Shown here: piece after piece, positions 1 to 14,878 of the stretch
Layout of the letters: each line of letters opens with the position of its first letter
Position numbering within the stretch: the first letter of the stretch is position 1
Assembly: GCF_006345805.1 (NCBI RefSeq)
Contig: NC_043010.1
Coordinates: 55,056,001-55,120,000, forward strand
Direction: 5' to 3'
Source: Octopus sinensis
Taxonomy: Eukaryota
DNA length: 64,000 bases
Made by a program: the position numbers and the translations under genes
The notes under the pieces: model-generated
What the model was told of the DNA's origin: nothing
The model's input: only the letters and a program-made list of their open reading frames with translations
The model's database searches: none

Positions 1-334
1 TGTATAAACTGTACAGAATAAACTGTAATTCTGTACATTTTACTATCAAAGGAATATATCATCCGATTGCTTTGTAACAGGTCACCATATTGAATGTTGA
101 TAAATGCAGGTAACTTAGATTGTCAGTGGCAGATATATACATGTAAATCTCACGTGTTTTAACTCTGACTTAACCTAATTACATACACACACTCGCAGAC
201 GCACAAGTGAACACGCATAAACGCACGTATGTTATATTAGCAAAGAAATTAAGTAGTTGTTTGATCTTTCTTCGTCCTGTAATATTTTATCTTTTATCTA
301 TTTCCCTTCTCATTGTCTTCTCTATTGTTTTACA

Positions 335-419
<85 letters not shown>

Positions 420-719
420 GCCTGTCTGTCAATATATCTATATACCTATCAGATTAAAATCTTCTCGCAACGACCATATATATATATGTACCAAAAATAG
501 GACCGCAGAAAATGTTGTAGGTAAGGAGTAGAAATATTATACTAATATTTTATTTATTCATAAATTGCTTACTTCCATGCTGACTACCTGGTAATTATCA
601 TTAAATTGAGTTATATCTTTATTTCATATATATATACATACATATATTCACACATATATTCATATATATGCATACATATATATATACATATCCATACATA
701 TATCCATACACATATAGAT

Positions 720-773
<54 letters not shown>

Positions 774-785
774 TATATATACACC
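335..785. repeat. (TATC)n, (CA)n and (TA)n microsatellites; representative of many similar tracts (e.g. 7440-7815, 28770-28940, 35040-35200, 49500-49705, 58560-58720, 59280-59530, 62290-62440, 63120-63490)
   Basis: Directly visible. Confidence 0.95.
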
Positions 786-2814
786 CCGACATACATATAT
801 ACATGCACAGTCACACAGGCACTCATTCATAACTTCAAAGTGATTATGATGACGATGATTCTGTCGGAAATATCGTTCACGAAAGACACGTTTAGAGAAC
901 TGTTCCTTCTTTGCAGTATCAACCTAAAATAGGTAAGAGACACGAATTGGAAATAGCTTTTTTAGTAATGGTTTGTAACAGCTTTTAAAATAGCGAAAAC
1001 AAAAAGCTTTGCCTTAATCACATTCTCCTTACACAATATTGCGAAGTACAATATAATAGCAGATCATAAAGAGATCTTTCTCTCACTCATATTCTGTTTA
1101 TATTACTGTTGTTTTTAGTTTATATCTTTCCTCCTTCAGGTGCTTCTTTTCATTTCCTAATGAACCGTATTGTTTACATTTCTATAAGGACTGACACACA
1201 AATGAATCATACATCTCTGACGTATGCAGATAATTTGTATCTTTTCTTAAACTTGCATTTGCAGTTGTATTTAACAACGCGTTTCATAAATTTCGCTTTA
1301 ATTTACAGATGCATTTTTCTACCAGCAATCTCATTTAAATGATGGCATATACATTTTCCAATCATATGTCAATCCCAAGTGGGATATGCTGCCTATGACA
1401 TACAGCCAAAGCAAAATTCTGTCTTGGTGGATTCTTCTGTGTGTCTTTTCTTTCGCTATTTCTTCAAATGACTAGAGAAAATAGCTTAAACGATAGACTT
1501 GTGGTTGATAATTTCAAGACCGCTGATAGTTCGTTGTGTAATGTAGAGACCGCTTCGAAAAACAGACAGGTTCGTTTAACATTTGATTAACTTTAACTTG
1601 TTCTATGACCGCATGTTTCACATGGCCTTCCTGTGAGATATAAGTACCTGGATTGTTTATTGCGAAAAAATCTATATGTCAAGTGCGAAAGCCAGGCAGC
1701 ACTCGCACAATATAAAACCGCTGATTATTATCTTCAACCTTTCTAAAGAAGCCAACATTCATCGAAAGCCAAGAGTATTTGTTAAGAAAATTTCGTGCAC
1801 GAAGGAATATCAAATGGTTAGAGGTATTTAGCATATGAATGCGACCAGTGTGAAATTCCAGGTCATAAATTCTCTATGACAGTACGTGTTATAAGCAAAG
1901 ATATCCTCATTGTCCGTGCACTGTCGACTTCTAAAGACTTTAATCGACAAGACGGTAAATCGGTTTTTCTTTGTTTAGTTAAATAAAAGGTATGTACAGA
2001 TGATGCAACTGAAAATATTGAAGACAGATTCAATACTCTTATGTTCACTTCAAAACTTTCAAATTACACTTATAAAGAAAGGTATATGACCTTGATAGTC
2101 GCACTCTGGCAAGTGTGGAATGCTGCGTTCGAATGTCCACCCAAGGAAACTATCCTCAACATGCACCCACGTTTCCATCAGCATCTATGTTCATCAGGTG
2201 AATGAATATATCTGGAAGGTGGCATATACACTGAAAACTCCGTCGAATTCCAGATTTGTGGAAAATATTGAGTACGTCTACATTGTTGCCTACGTCTCTA
2301 GGGAGTCTACTATATGCTTAAAAATGCGAACAAGTGACGTTATGGCAACATTTGTTCTCATCCAATCATTTTCGTCGCGAACATGCACCAATTACGTGAC
2401 ACGTCACTGTAATCTTTATTCATTTGATGACTTTGTGATAAAGAGAAACAATTTATTATTACTTATTCAATGAGACAGCAGCGAATGCCATCAGCGTGGC
2501 ACTGGTTTTCAAATATACGAAGGCCAAAATATGCATTATGGCTACTTGTCTGATAAGGGTGCATCAGGCATATGCATCAGCCCCATATGTGCGTGATATG
2601 GTGATCTCATATCAAGATAAACAGCACTTCACCATGGAGGTGGGACCTAGGTAGAATTTACTTCAGGTCAAGTAGCCCATCCGGCTCAAAAGGTCGCTGG
2701 ATAAGGATTATGTGCGTGATGTGGTGATTTTGTATCGAGATAAACAGTGCATGAACTTGCAGACGAGGCCCAGTTAGAATCTTCTTCAGGTTGAGTAGAC
2801 CATCCAACTCAAAT

Positions 2815-2973
2815 ATACAACGGACTTATTCAGTTTCCGTCTACCAAATCCACTCACAAGGCTTTGGTCGGCTCGAGGCTATAGTAGACGACACTTGCCC
2901 AAGGTGCTACGCATTGGGATTGAACCTGGCACCACGTGGTTGGTAAGCAAGCTACTTGCCACACAACCACTCC
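2815..2973 (-). mobile_element. SINE family A, 5' half
   Basis: Reverse-complement match to the family A head. Confidence 0.8.
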
Positions 2974-3594
2974 ATTATTATTGATTATCTTCGGTGGTAG
3001 TTTGATGCAAACGTACTTCGGTGTTCATTTTTTCTTCTTCAAGAAGTGGACAAATGCTATGTGTAATAAACTTATTCATGAATAGATAGCTTCAGGAAGT
3101 GTGGTACATACACATACAGATCAGTGGAGATATAAGGTTTCAAAATTTTAGTCAAATGTTATTTCTTTCTCACTGTCTTACTAAAAGTATGCCTACAAAA
3201 TTTCTGAGCCACGCCTCTCGAGAGAAAATCATGTTTTAAATTTAAATCTGTCACGTACTCAGCATATAAAATGAACATAAAAGCCTTATTCACACAAAAA
3301 GTCATATTTTGAAAGAAGAGAAGGCTGAAACAATATTCATGACAATTCGTTTCAGGTCTTGGTTTGTATAAATAACGCTAGTGTCACTTTTGTCAACAAT
3401 TGCAATTGTACACGCGTGCCTGTGGCACCACCTGCTAGTTCTGGAACGTTAGAAATGTGATAAGTTTTTTTTCGCGTGACAAGCAAATTGTAGGAACTGG
3501 GTCGGGGTAGTTCCTGAAGAGAAGTCCATTTAAGAATAGCATTTGACGACGAATCGATAAAACATCGGTCAAAAAGAAAAAAAAAATTCTATAT

Positions 3595-3777
3595 AGGCGC
3601 AGGAGTGGCTGTGTGGTAAGTAGCTTTCTAACGAACCACATGGTTCCGGTTTCAGTCCCACTGCGTGACACCAGAGGCAAGTGTCTTCTAATATAGTTTC
3701 GGGTCGACCAAAGCCTTGTGAGTGGATTTGGTAGACGGAAACTGAAAGAAGCCCGTTGTATATATGTATACATACAT

Positions 3778-3843
<66 letters not shown>

Positions 3844-4055
3844 GTGTGTGTCTGTGTTTGTCCCCCAACCAACATCGATTGAAAACCGATGCTGGTGTGT
3901 TTACGTCCCCGTAACTTAGCGGTTCGGTAAAAAAGACCGATAGAATAAGTACTAGGCTTACAAAGACTAAGTCCTGGGGTCGATTTGCTCGACCATAGGC
4001 GGTACCCCAGCATGGCCGCAGTCAAATGATTGAAACAAGTAAAAGAGTAAAAGTG
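3595..4055 (+). mobile_element. tRNA-derived SINE family A (internal TA/TG microsatellite)
   Basis: A box gtggctgtgtggt, B box ggtttcagtccc, CORE-like segment, tail (gtaaaaga)n; many homologous copies in the window. Confidence 0.85.
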
Positions 4056-5199
4056 TAAAGAGAGAGTATAGTAAAATGGCGGAGAATTCGGTATAGCTGC
4101 AAAACAGCAGCCGGAAGATGCATTCCTTGAAGCAACAGACTACAATCCCTCGATTTAATGTATCAGAATTCGACTGAACTGAATGCTTTCAGACAACTCA
4201 GCCAAATGGGGGAAACATTTTAAATGGGGATACACAATTAACTGTACATTTATGAGACAAAATATGAGGTTTATGAATACAAATGAGCTCCTCAAGCATA
4301 TTTGGTGACAATAATGATGCGTACCTAGTTGAAACAACTGTATATATGGACCTCTATTTGGATCCCTTTTGTCATTCAGCATCGACAACGATGATGATTG
4401 TCTTGCATACGAAGTCCTACTGTTCCCCGAAATTCACAAGACGTGTCAGAGTTATTCTTAGTTGAAACTGTGGGGACGAAAAGCATGAGAACATGGTACA
4501 ATGCAAAATGCTCATTCGTTTTATATATGATATGTAAATCCATTTACAAGCACGTTTCTTTGGGAAAAGTGGAAATCTTAGAAAACTTGAGGAGCGAACA
4601 AAACATCAGTAGTGTGGGCAGCTGTAAATACCATTTGAGATTGTAACTAAGTCACTGATCTAGAAATAGTTCTTGGTGTCATTTCTTCGAGGTCCTGCCA
4701 AGAGCTGCACATTAACTCAATCCACAGGCTATAGCATCAATCACCTTAACCCTATCGCCTTGTTAAGAGGGTGAAGTGCCGTTTAATGCAAAACAAATAA
4801 TGATAATCACACTAGAGAAATGAAATAGAAAGAGCGAGAAAGAACCTCTGAAAGCAAAATAAAACTCTGAAAACGAGAACTAGAGTGAGTGAGGAGGATT
4901 ATGTTGGGGACAATAAATACAATATTGTGGATGCCAGGAGCAACCGACGTTACTTTGATTAACAGACGCTTGGTGCGTAGTTGGTTTGTTTGAATGGACA
5001 AATACAAAAAAACCACAAACCACACAGCAGAAACCACAAACAGAGTTGGAATATAAGAGATATATGAAATATCAGCATTGAAATATATCAACAGATCTTC
5101 GCTATATATGACAAAGGGTGGAGAGTAGCTTGGTGACTCGACACAGAAATTTGCGAAAAGAACGATTAGCTGAGGAAGTGACAATCACGAGCGAATTCT

Positions 5200-5214
5200 T
5201 AAGGTTGTTGTTGT

Positions 5215-5267
<53 letters not shown>

Positions 5268-5993
5268 TTATTATTATTATTGAGTGAAATAGTAGCGCAT
5301 AACATCGAAATGACACTGGGTACATATGTACATAACCTACTATATCCATCAAGGATTACCCGTCTGTTAAGGGTGCTCCAGGCACATGCATCCCAACAAT
5401 ATGTGCGCGAATTCGTGATCCCATATCAAGATAAACAGCAGGTGGAGCCGAGTTAGAATTTTCTCTGGTTGAGTATCCCAACCCGCTCAAAAGTTCCTTG
5501 ATAATGTCTCTTTAGGAATGTTGAACGAAACATCTGTGTTTCTTGAGGTGAACCATTCAAACCTCAAAGAATTCCTCTCAACACATGGTTTTGATGTTCT
5601 TTCACTGCCTCTGCTCGTGATCGGCGATACACATCTCGTCAGCCACTGAAGGACATTCTCAAGCAACTGACTAGCAAATTTGTGGTATTGAGCAGAATAT
5701 TTCTTCTTCTTCTTCTTCTTCTTCTTCTTCTTCTTCTTCTTCTTCTTCTTCTTCTTCTTCTTCTTCTTTTTCTTCTTCATCATCATCATCATGATCATCA
5801 TCATCATCATCATCATCATCTTCACCATCATCATCATCGTTAATTTGATCATTAGTATCATCATGGCCAACGGCATCACTGTTAGAATTAGCAGCAATAG
5901 TAGAATTAGCAACGCAGCAGCAGTAGCGAGAGCATCATGATCAGCAATAGGTAATGTAAGCAGCGGAAGCAGCACCGGCACCGTCGCAGCAGC

Positions 5994-6058
<65 letters not shown>

Positions 6059-6219
6059 AAATAGGTAGATCACCGCCATCATAACCACCATCATCATCAT
6101 TACCATAATTGTTATTCTTGCTCTCGTTATTATTATTATTATTATTGTTATTATCATTATTATTATTGTTATCATTATTATTATTATTATCATTATTATT
6201 ATTATCATCATTATCATCA

Positions 6220-6300
<81 letters not shown>

Positions 6301-6669
6301 TATCATTATTATTATTATTATTATTATCATTATTATTATTATTATTATTATTATTGCTGTTATTATTTTTCTTGAATGTTTGCTCTCGCTGGTTGTATGT
6401 TTGCCATTCTTACAGCTATTGTCATATTGTAATATTGTATTTATATCGTGTTCTTCTTGTTGTTATTCATCCGTGCTCTTACCGTTACATTCCGTAATGC
6501 ATTCCTCCTCCTCCTACATCCCATTATTATTATCACTGTTGTTGTTGTTGTTATTATTATTATTATTATTACTATTATTATCATTATTATTATTATTATC
6601 ATTATTATTATCATTACTATTATTATTATTATTATTATCATTGTTGTTATTATTATTATTATCATTACT

Positions 6670-6700
<31 letters not shown>

Positions 6701-6712
6701 TCATCATTACTA

Positions 6713-6746
<34 letters not shown>

Positions 6747-6900
6747 CATTACTATTATTATCATTATTATTATTATTATCATTGTTGTTGTTATTAATAT
6801 TATTATTATTATTATATTATTATTATTATCATTATTATTATTATTTTTATTATTGTTGTCATTGTTGTTATTGTTATTGTTATTTACTTGATGTTGCTGC
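5200..6900. repeat. Compound trinucleotide microsatellite cluster (CTA, CTT, CAT, GTA, ATT)
   Basis: Directly visible; interrupted by the repeat at 5310-5702. Confidence 0.95.
5310..5702. mobile_element. Unclassified interspersed repeat (related copy ~2480-2812 with internal duplication)
   Basis: Shared gtgatc.catatcaagataaacagca...ttagaattt...gagta.ccca block. Confidence 0.6.
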
Positions 6901-7550
6901 TGTTATATTCATTGCAATTATAAATGTCATTGTTATTTTCGTAGTGTTGTTTCTCTACGTGGTAGAGAGAATCATTCTCAAATAGATTTCATACGGGATT
7001 ATATTATTCACAACAGAGGTACTATTTTTAATAAAGCGCGCAATCAATAAAATGGTTTTAGCATCGAAAGAATCGCATTTGCGGATATAATATATAGCAT
7101 GCTTTCAGACAGTAGTGAATTACACAATACAAATAAATACTTTAAATACAATAAACAAAGAACAATCTTAGAATAAGTGGGAACAAACAACAAATATGTA
7201 CAGACTGACGATGATAATATAAAATTGACTAAAACACACAAATGAAAATGTGTCGCTGTTGTTTTTCTGGTTTCGCTTGTTTCTTATCACATAATCAATT
7301 GGCGGGTGTTTTACTTCGAATATTTTGTATTTCTTCTTTTTCTCTGTTGACATCACTTTATTCTTGTCGATATTCATCTTTATGCTTCTTTCAAGTTCTC
7401 GGCTGTACTACATACTTGCATGCCTACATACATACGAACATGCATATATACATATATACATACATAACCTATATTCACACAGTGATACAAACATATATAA
7501 TATATAAATGTGTATATATATATGTGTGTGTGTGTATGTATGTATGTATG

Positions 7551-7608
<58 letters not shown>

Positions 7609-7781
7609 CATGTATGAATATATATGTTTATATATAAATACATATATACACATATATATACCTATACATGTACATGTCTCTCTCTATGTATACATACACA
7701 TACATATAAATGTATAAATGTATGTGTACATACATGCATACGTACATACATAGATATGTATATGTATATGTATATATATAC

Positions 7782-7818
<37 letters not shown>

Positions 7819-10509
7819 CCTGTAAATCTCTATGTCTGAATATGTATGCAGCTGTGTTTATATGTGTTGTGACGTTAACAACGTGTGTATGGAATCGCGT
7901 TCTAACTTACCATTATATTTACTCTTCTGTGGATTAAAGCATTGAATCTCTTGTCGGGGCTCTGTTATTTATAATATTCACAAAGGCAGATGGAGACGGG
8001 TAAGATGGAGAAACGAACGATGGAATAAAAGCATTATATCAGATAAAGTTACGCCTACCTTTGTCGTTACGAGTTGCAAATAACCACATTTTGGTCTTCC
8101 GATTTTCACACAACGGATTTGATAAAATAACCGTTAATAAAATATATTGATTTCTGACGGAGGCCACTATTTTGTACTGACAGGTAAATCGAAATGACCA
8201 GTATTTAATGGTATAGTCTATGGAAAAATAAATAATCAAAGCTGTATTTGAACTCAAAATCCAAATATGCTGCAAAATCTTTACAATAGCATGAGTTAAT
8301 AAAAGGTTCTCCACCTATTTGTTGGATTGGCTTGCCAAAAACTTTTGTTAAATATCTTTCAATTTAAAACAGCTCTGAGGATTGGCGAGGCTAGCAAAAG
8401 TGTTCTTAGGTGAAATAAGTCATAGTTACTCCGTCCCAGCGGAAATTCCAGGATTTATTCAGAGGAATTTTCAAGCTCTTCTATATCCATAGCAATGTCT
8501 GAAAAGCTCCCGCATAGACAGTAGGTATCTCTGAAGTACAAGCATCTCGCCCCTTAAGCTTTACACTTCACCTGAGCGGGTCAAAGTGTCTGCACCTACA
8601 TAAAGGTACCACTTGTAGTCTCTTATTAACCATTGCCATCTTGAGCTAGTTTCAGCTGCCATATCTGTTTTCTTGAGGTCTTTTTCAGTTTTCTAGGTTT
8701 TAGATATATCTTCTGCAGGAAATCGCCTACTGATCCAGAAGGATAACCATGGAAGCCAGCTTGAATGAGGAATGCTTTTTCATAGGCCTGGTACATAAAA
8801 GAAAATCAATTACAACTGACTGTAATACATGAATTATGTTGATTCTTTTTATCATATATCAATGCAACTGATTTTCTTACCCGTTACTGAGGAATGTTGC
8901 TACCGAAATAGTTATGTAGAAACTTTTTATTTATACACACAGAGTATCAAGGTCGCCTCACTAGATTTTTCAAGTACTCACTTCTACAATGTCATCGCTT
9001 GTGGTAATGACTAATGAGCGAAACTCTCATGCTCAAATTGTGTGGCATTCAGCGACCACACGCATACGTACTTATATACGTACATACATGCATATATAAC
9101 CAGAAAACATGTATACAAACATATACGTGCATATGCATTTATATACATGTATAAGCGCTATATGTGAACGAGTGTATATATATATATGCACAGAAATCCT
9201 TTTGAATGCTTGTGAAGGAAGTCATCTTCTGATGATGGTGATGCCAACACAATTATTAGGTTGTGGTTGCGCTATCTTGATCATATCATATAAATGGTGG
9301 CCCTCAGGTCTATCTATCTCCGAGCATCAAATCCTTATTGCTTTATTGGATCAAACATCATGGCCGAGATGTTCTTGATATTTGCTCACACATCTAATGC
9401 ATCTCTCGTGTTCATGACCAGAACGCATGCATACAGAACACATGTAGGTGACACGGAAAGAGATAATAATCAACTAGCATGAAATTAGAAGTTCAAACGT
9501 TACGCTGGAGAATGCTTGAACATAAAAGATAGAGTATATTCCAATCAAAGACAGCAAATATTGAAAAGAAACACAAGATAAATAATTTAACGCTTCGACT
9601 TCTGCCTTTTATCAAGAAATATTGAAAACATATGAACGAAAAGAAATAGGGATAATTGAGCAACGTCCAATCTAGTTCCCGCCCCCAGGTAAATAGAAAC
9701 TTGGACAATCTTTGCAGAATATATGCTAATTGGACATAAAATGGTTATTCACTGAAAATTCACGCAAAGGCAGTGACACATTGATTTCTTTTAGCATTTA
9801 TCATCCAGCTTTTCTCTGGATTTCATTTCTCCGATAACGTGATTCGCCGGTGACAGAATGTGTTTGTTAGTAACATACTCTGATCAAATATTTCAGTAAA
9901 ATTTGCTTGATGATGCGTTCATAGGTACTACAAATGAAAGTTCTGTTTGTTTTTTGTGATTAAGAATAATCGTTGACATACATGTCTTCACAGACACTTG
10001 ATTAAACACTGACCAGTGGTTGCAGTCATATAAATCAAAGACAACAGAAGACCAATATGAAAGTCTTACTTCTAGAATATTCTCAGCCTTACACAGTATG
10101 TTACTTGTAGGGTTGCACTTTGTATGATGTGCCAACATTTACGTCATGTATATCTTTGTTGTTCGCGATGCTACGTGGCGTTCAATATGTCGTATTAAAT
10201 CAACAAAATGGCTTATAATCAACGGATTCGGTTTGGGTCAACTTTTACAATATATGACCAATAGGTATGTGAACAGGTTTCTTTTTGGTACAATAGAAAA
10301 GCTATTAGTATTAGAAATGTCCGAGGTGCACGTAATGGATAATTTTTTGCTCACTCTCGTACTGTGTGTGAATAACATTGAGTTGTTTTACTTTAAAGAG
10401 AATGTGTCACCCTCTTTTCCTTGGTTTTGAAAAGAAGACACATTTGTGGCGATTAAGACGGAAACAAACTTGAATTCCACAAATTTCTTTTCACGTAAAC
10501 CCTTACCAT

Positions 10510-10750
10510 GTTAACGATTGCAGCGTGGAAGGTGTTTATAAGCCATTTAAGAAACACACACAAAAAAATCCCGTTAGATTCACTTCAACATTTAAATTTA
10601 AAATATTTTGACAAATTAAATTGAAATGTTGAAGTGAATCTAACGGTTTTGTGTGTTTCTTAAGTTGCTTATAAACACATTCGACGTTGTAATTTTTTTC
10701 GTCCCAGCGCACGAACTCAGAGCAAGTCATTTGCTATGCAAGTGCATCTC
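10510..10750. mobile_element. Fold-back of PLE-end family (same family as 36.1 kb and 51.9 kb)
   Basis: Arms ~10517-10601 and ~10615-10693 are inverted; flanked by direct repeat CCTTACCAT (10501-10509, 10750-10758). Confidence 0.75.
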
Positions 10751-11164
10751 CTTACCATTTTATTTTTTGATACAATCGATAAAATCAGGGAGGGAAACGA
10801 TGAATTTATTGTCTGCCAGTGAATTTCGTGAGAATGAGTTAAGAATATAGAGAATGACCCCTGTGAATCAGTTTAGTTTCTTCATGATTTGATGGTTGGA
10901 GAACACCCATCGAAAACGAATGCCTGAATGTGTTCCATTGCTAATAGGAATATAATAAAAACCAAAAAAAACTTAATAGAGGCAGATCACTTGATGGGTC
11001 AGCATCTATTAAGGCGTTTTATTTCAATCCTTCAGTTACAGACTCTTTTCTATCTCTGTATGTATGTTTATAACTATCTCCCATTGTATCTTTTGCAAAT
11101 CGTCATTGTCATATGTGTTTATATGTCACCCTTGACGTAAATGTTTATAGTCATTTTATTCATG

Positions 11165-11457
11165 TATGCGTCATTTACAAGCCTAGCCAGGGCCATGGGC
11201 CCGGTTTCTATGGCATATGCCCCCCACCCCAACCCATCCAGCTGGACGGAAGGCCAGTCCATCGCAGGAACAGGAAGAAAGAGTGAAAGTTGGGGCGAAA
11301 GAGTACAACAGGGGTCGCCACAACCCCCTACCGGAGACCCGTGGAGCTTTAGGTGTTTTCGCTCAATAAACACACACAACGCCCGGTCTGGGAATCGAAA
11401 CCGCGTTCCTCCGACCGCGAATCCGCTGCCCTAAACACTGGGCCATTGCGCTTCCAC
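11165..11457 (-). mobile_element. SINE family C with V-SINE-like tail
   Basis: Same head; tail cctgcgatggactggccttccgtccag. Confidence 0.75.
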
Positions 11458-13751
11458 GTTTATAGTCCTGTATTCTTTTTTTATTTTAGTTTATTTTTGA
11501 ATTCTTGTTCCTAAAATATATTCCTTTCTGTGGATATGGAAAAAATTTTATGTGAAAGTATTTCTTGTAGAGAATGAACCTACATATATTATGCTGAGAA
11601 TGTATTTGCATTCACCATGGTTTCTGTAAATGTTGGGAATGCCATACCATCTTTGCATAGAAACACGTGAACTGTTGACAATATTAATCTTCAACTCAGT
11701 GTATATTCTCAATAGTCGTTAGTTAATTATATTTCCGATGTTAACAGAATTTAATAATTACGTATTAAATATTTAAACAAGACTCGTGTACAAATTTGAC
11801 CATAAATCATTCGACACTTGTCACTAAGCGAAGGAAATGATTTTGCATTAATAACCTGCAGATGAAACAGACGTCCTGTAGTGGGACACTGCGCATGTAG
11901 CATATATTTATGTCATTTTATTATGAAATTTCAATGCTCGCTATCGCGGCATTTACTTTTGGGCCGCTTGGGATTTAACTGCAATTAAATTTGAATACCA
12001 TTATGTTGTGGCACAGAATTATTTGACTTGATAGATTTCTCTCTTAAGAGGTTTCTTTGTAATAGTGTAAGTAATTGTCCTGTTTTTGTTGTTATAGTCA
12101 GACACCTAACGGATTTACAAAATGAAATGCGCCATTACCGGCAAGGAAACGTTCGCTCCCATTCTTTCATACGAGTCCTTTTTGATGTTTTAAGCACTGC
12201 ATTTGACTGACGTTGTTAACATCTCAGGAATATCTTCAATATTGCATCTTTAAAAGAAATTTAATGTACCAGGATTTAATACCATGTTTTCTTTCATTTC
12301 TTCAGCATTTTCGTTCTCCTTTTTATATCAGTTTACATGACAGGATATTAGCCTAAAGGTTAACAGTTGTACGATACGCAGCCTGATATTCTGGTTGCTA
12401 TAAAATTTATTTGTCTAAAAGTATTTTTAAAGAGATGAGTAGCTAGACATCTACACAAATATCCATCACTGGACAAAAATATTTTGAAATTTATTGCTAT
12501 GTATCCATTACCGATTCTGTCTCTAAAGTTTACTACCGTAAATTTATAACTTACATACTTCTCACAACGTAGCATAATGATTAAGAAGGCATCTCATAAT
12601 CCCAAGTTCAGGGTTTCGATTCAATCGTGTGGAATTTGGTGTCTATTTCGGAACCTAAATGAATTTTGTTGCGGTATTTCTGTGGAAACCCAACGTAATT
12701 AAAATGTCCATCTTGCCATACGGTATGTCACATTGATTGCACCCCATGATTACTTTAAATATATATCTGTCGGTGGAATACACAGCCACTAATACTCTAA
12801 CACAATAATGCGGTAGTTTTGTACTTTTCGACATCACCGTCGTTCTTAGATTGCTGAGAATGATTCAAACGCTACTTGAAGATTTACAGTGCAGATGTAC
12901 GCAGCTATGTTCTGTAAAAGGACTTGTTGCAATGTTTAGTGTTGGGCCCTGTATTAGTGAAATGTATCAAGAATGATGAGAGGAGGAGATACAAATAAGT
13001 ATGGAAAGCTTCTATATAGGAGCTCAAAGCTATTTAGCTTACATGAACAGAAGAAGGCTATGGGCTGGCAGAATCGTATGCACGCTGGGCAAAATGTTTA
13101 AGGGTGTTTCGTCCGTATTTACATTCAGAGTTCAAATTCGAGTGAGGTCAGCCTTGGCTTTCATCCTTTCTGGGTCGATAAAATATATACCAGTTGAACT
13201 CTGGGGTCGATGTAATCGGCTTAGTACACTCAATTCTGCTGGCGTTGTACTAATATTTGAAACCATTAGAACAGCGATTTAAGAGTACACTCATGAATCG
13301 GGAGGAGGAAATCCATGGTAAATTATAAGTAAATTAAAGAATACATTGACCGATATCTATATATTGTTTCATTAACATATTTGTGTATATATTATATTAT
13401 TAGACTTTTCCCATTTCGTTAGTTTTACTGCCGTTAACTTTCTGACACAAATATTTATAATCTCATTTATATTCATGAATCTTTTATACAGTTATAAATA
13501 AAATTTTGTATTTTTTGCAAGAGAGAAAAAAAAACAGAATCTTAATAAAAATATATTTATCCTTTTCAGTTCATAACTTTTTGTACCAAAATAAATATAA
13601 ATCCTAAGATTTACCCTACTTTTAAAGGATTTCTCCGTGTTTCAGCAGTGACTGCATCTTTTAAGTGATTATAATTTTTATTTATTAACTGACAGTTATC
13701 TAAAGTTGATGACATTTGTAGACTAACTCCTCATCTAATAAAACGCATTTT

Positions 13752-14049
13752 GTTGTTTGTTCCTTCCCGAGCCCTGCCTGGCTCATAAGGGCAGGTTTCC
13801 CTGGCGTATAGGATTCCCCACCTGGACGGGACGCCGGCCCGTCGCAGGTGAGTTGTAAGATGCAGGAGGAAAGAGTGAGAGAAAGTTGTGGCGAAAGCGT
13901 CAGCAAAATTTCCCCATTACCTTCTGCTGGAGCCCCGAGGAGCTTAGGTGTTTCGCTCATAAACACACACACCGCCCGGTCTGAGATTCGAACCCATGAT
14001 CCCTCGACTGCGAATCCGATGCTCTGACCACTAGGCCATGTGCCTCCAC
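13752..14049 (-). mobile_element. SINE family C with V-SINE-like tail
   Basis: Same head; tail cctgcgacgggccggcgtcccgtccaggtggg. Confidence 0.75.
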
Positions 14050-14616
14050 CAATAAAACGCGTTAGCCAATCTAGACTCCGTGTGAAGTGATGGATTTGCA
14101 CCATCGCTAAACAAGTATCTAGGATTTACTTTGAAAAATAATTAGATTTTCCTTCTTGTAATCACATTTTCACATCCACGTTCTCGTCAACCGAGTCATT
14201 GTGTTGTCCGCTCTAAAGTCTATCCCACATGGAATCTAAAAACTGAACGTCGGGACCCACCAGATCCAGGTTCCAACGCCGATGGGGCAAGTAATTATTC
14301 TGATAAGCCTGATATTTTGACAAATGCGTGGATGTTGAAAGTTAACATGGTAAATGTGAGTCCATATCTTATTCTTTTTCGCTGTTGCTGGTGTAGTTCG
14401 TTGCCACAGTTGTTTCTCATCTTTAAATGTCTTAACTCGTCTCTACAAGATGCTGTCACCAATAGTTTATCCTCCTTTGATCACTTTTAACTGTTTGGAT
14501 TTTGAAAAATTCTGCAGTCCTGTTTCGACAATGAATCCAGAACGACATTTTGCTATTTCTTAGTACCTGTTAAATGACTGCAGCATTGAGAAAGTGGAAG
14601 AAGTATTACTATGGAG

Positions 14617-14878
14617 TAGCAGTTCTCAACAGTTTCTTGCCCACTGACCCGTTTTGATTCATATATTACTCTACTGGTCCGCAATCATTTGAGGTACACA
14701 AAAAATTAGAATTATTGTATTTTTGTTATTAAATATTACTAGGAATTGGATAGAAAATTGAAATTTTTTGTACATTATAGATACATCTATGACTCATTTA
14801 TTGCTCATATATTTTAACAACAAAATCTTATATGGACCTCTAACGAAGGGCCATATGGGCCCCGGGTGAGAACTAATG
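14617..14878. mobile_element. Probable hAT/Charlie-type MITE
   Basis: Imperfect TIRs tagcagttctcaac ... ggtgagaactaatg resembling CAGTGGTTCTCAAC ends; no clear TSD. Confidence 0.4.

Noticed and set aside
207-826. ORFs rich in IY/YLSI/CV or poly-L/I/K here and throughout the window
   Set aside because: They are translations of microsatellites.
2120-2473. IVAYVSR resembling Gypsy RNase H
   Set aside because: No adjacent RT or RNase H motifs.
4990-5165. YMTKGGE*LGD resembling piggyBac TKGGVD
   Set aside because: Single short degenerate match with no TIR or TTAA support.
7200-7259. ACAGA-CTGACGA...GAAA-ATGTG-TC-GCTGT hammerhead-like pattern
   Set aside because: Helix II does not pair convincingly and there is no second copy; not counted.
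9893-10930. Stop-poor frames with VLIATNV and KC..LC, suggesting a helicase pseudogene
   Set aside because: No other helicase motifs, and both strands are similarly open; needs BLASTX.
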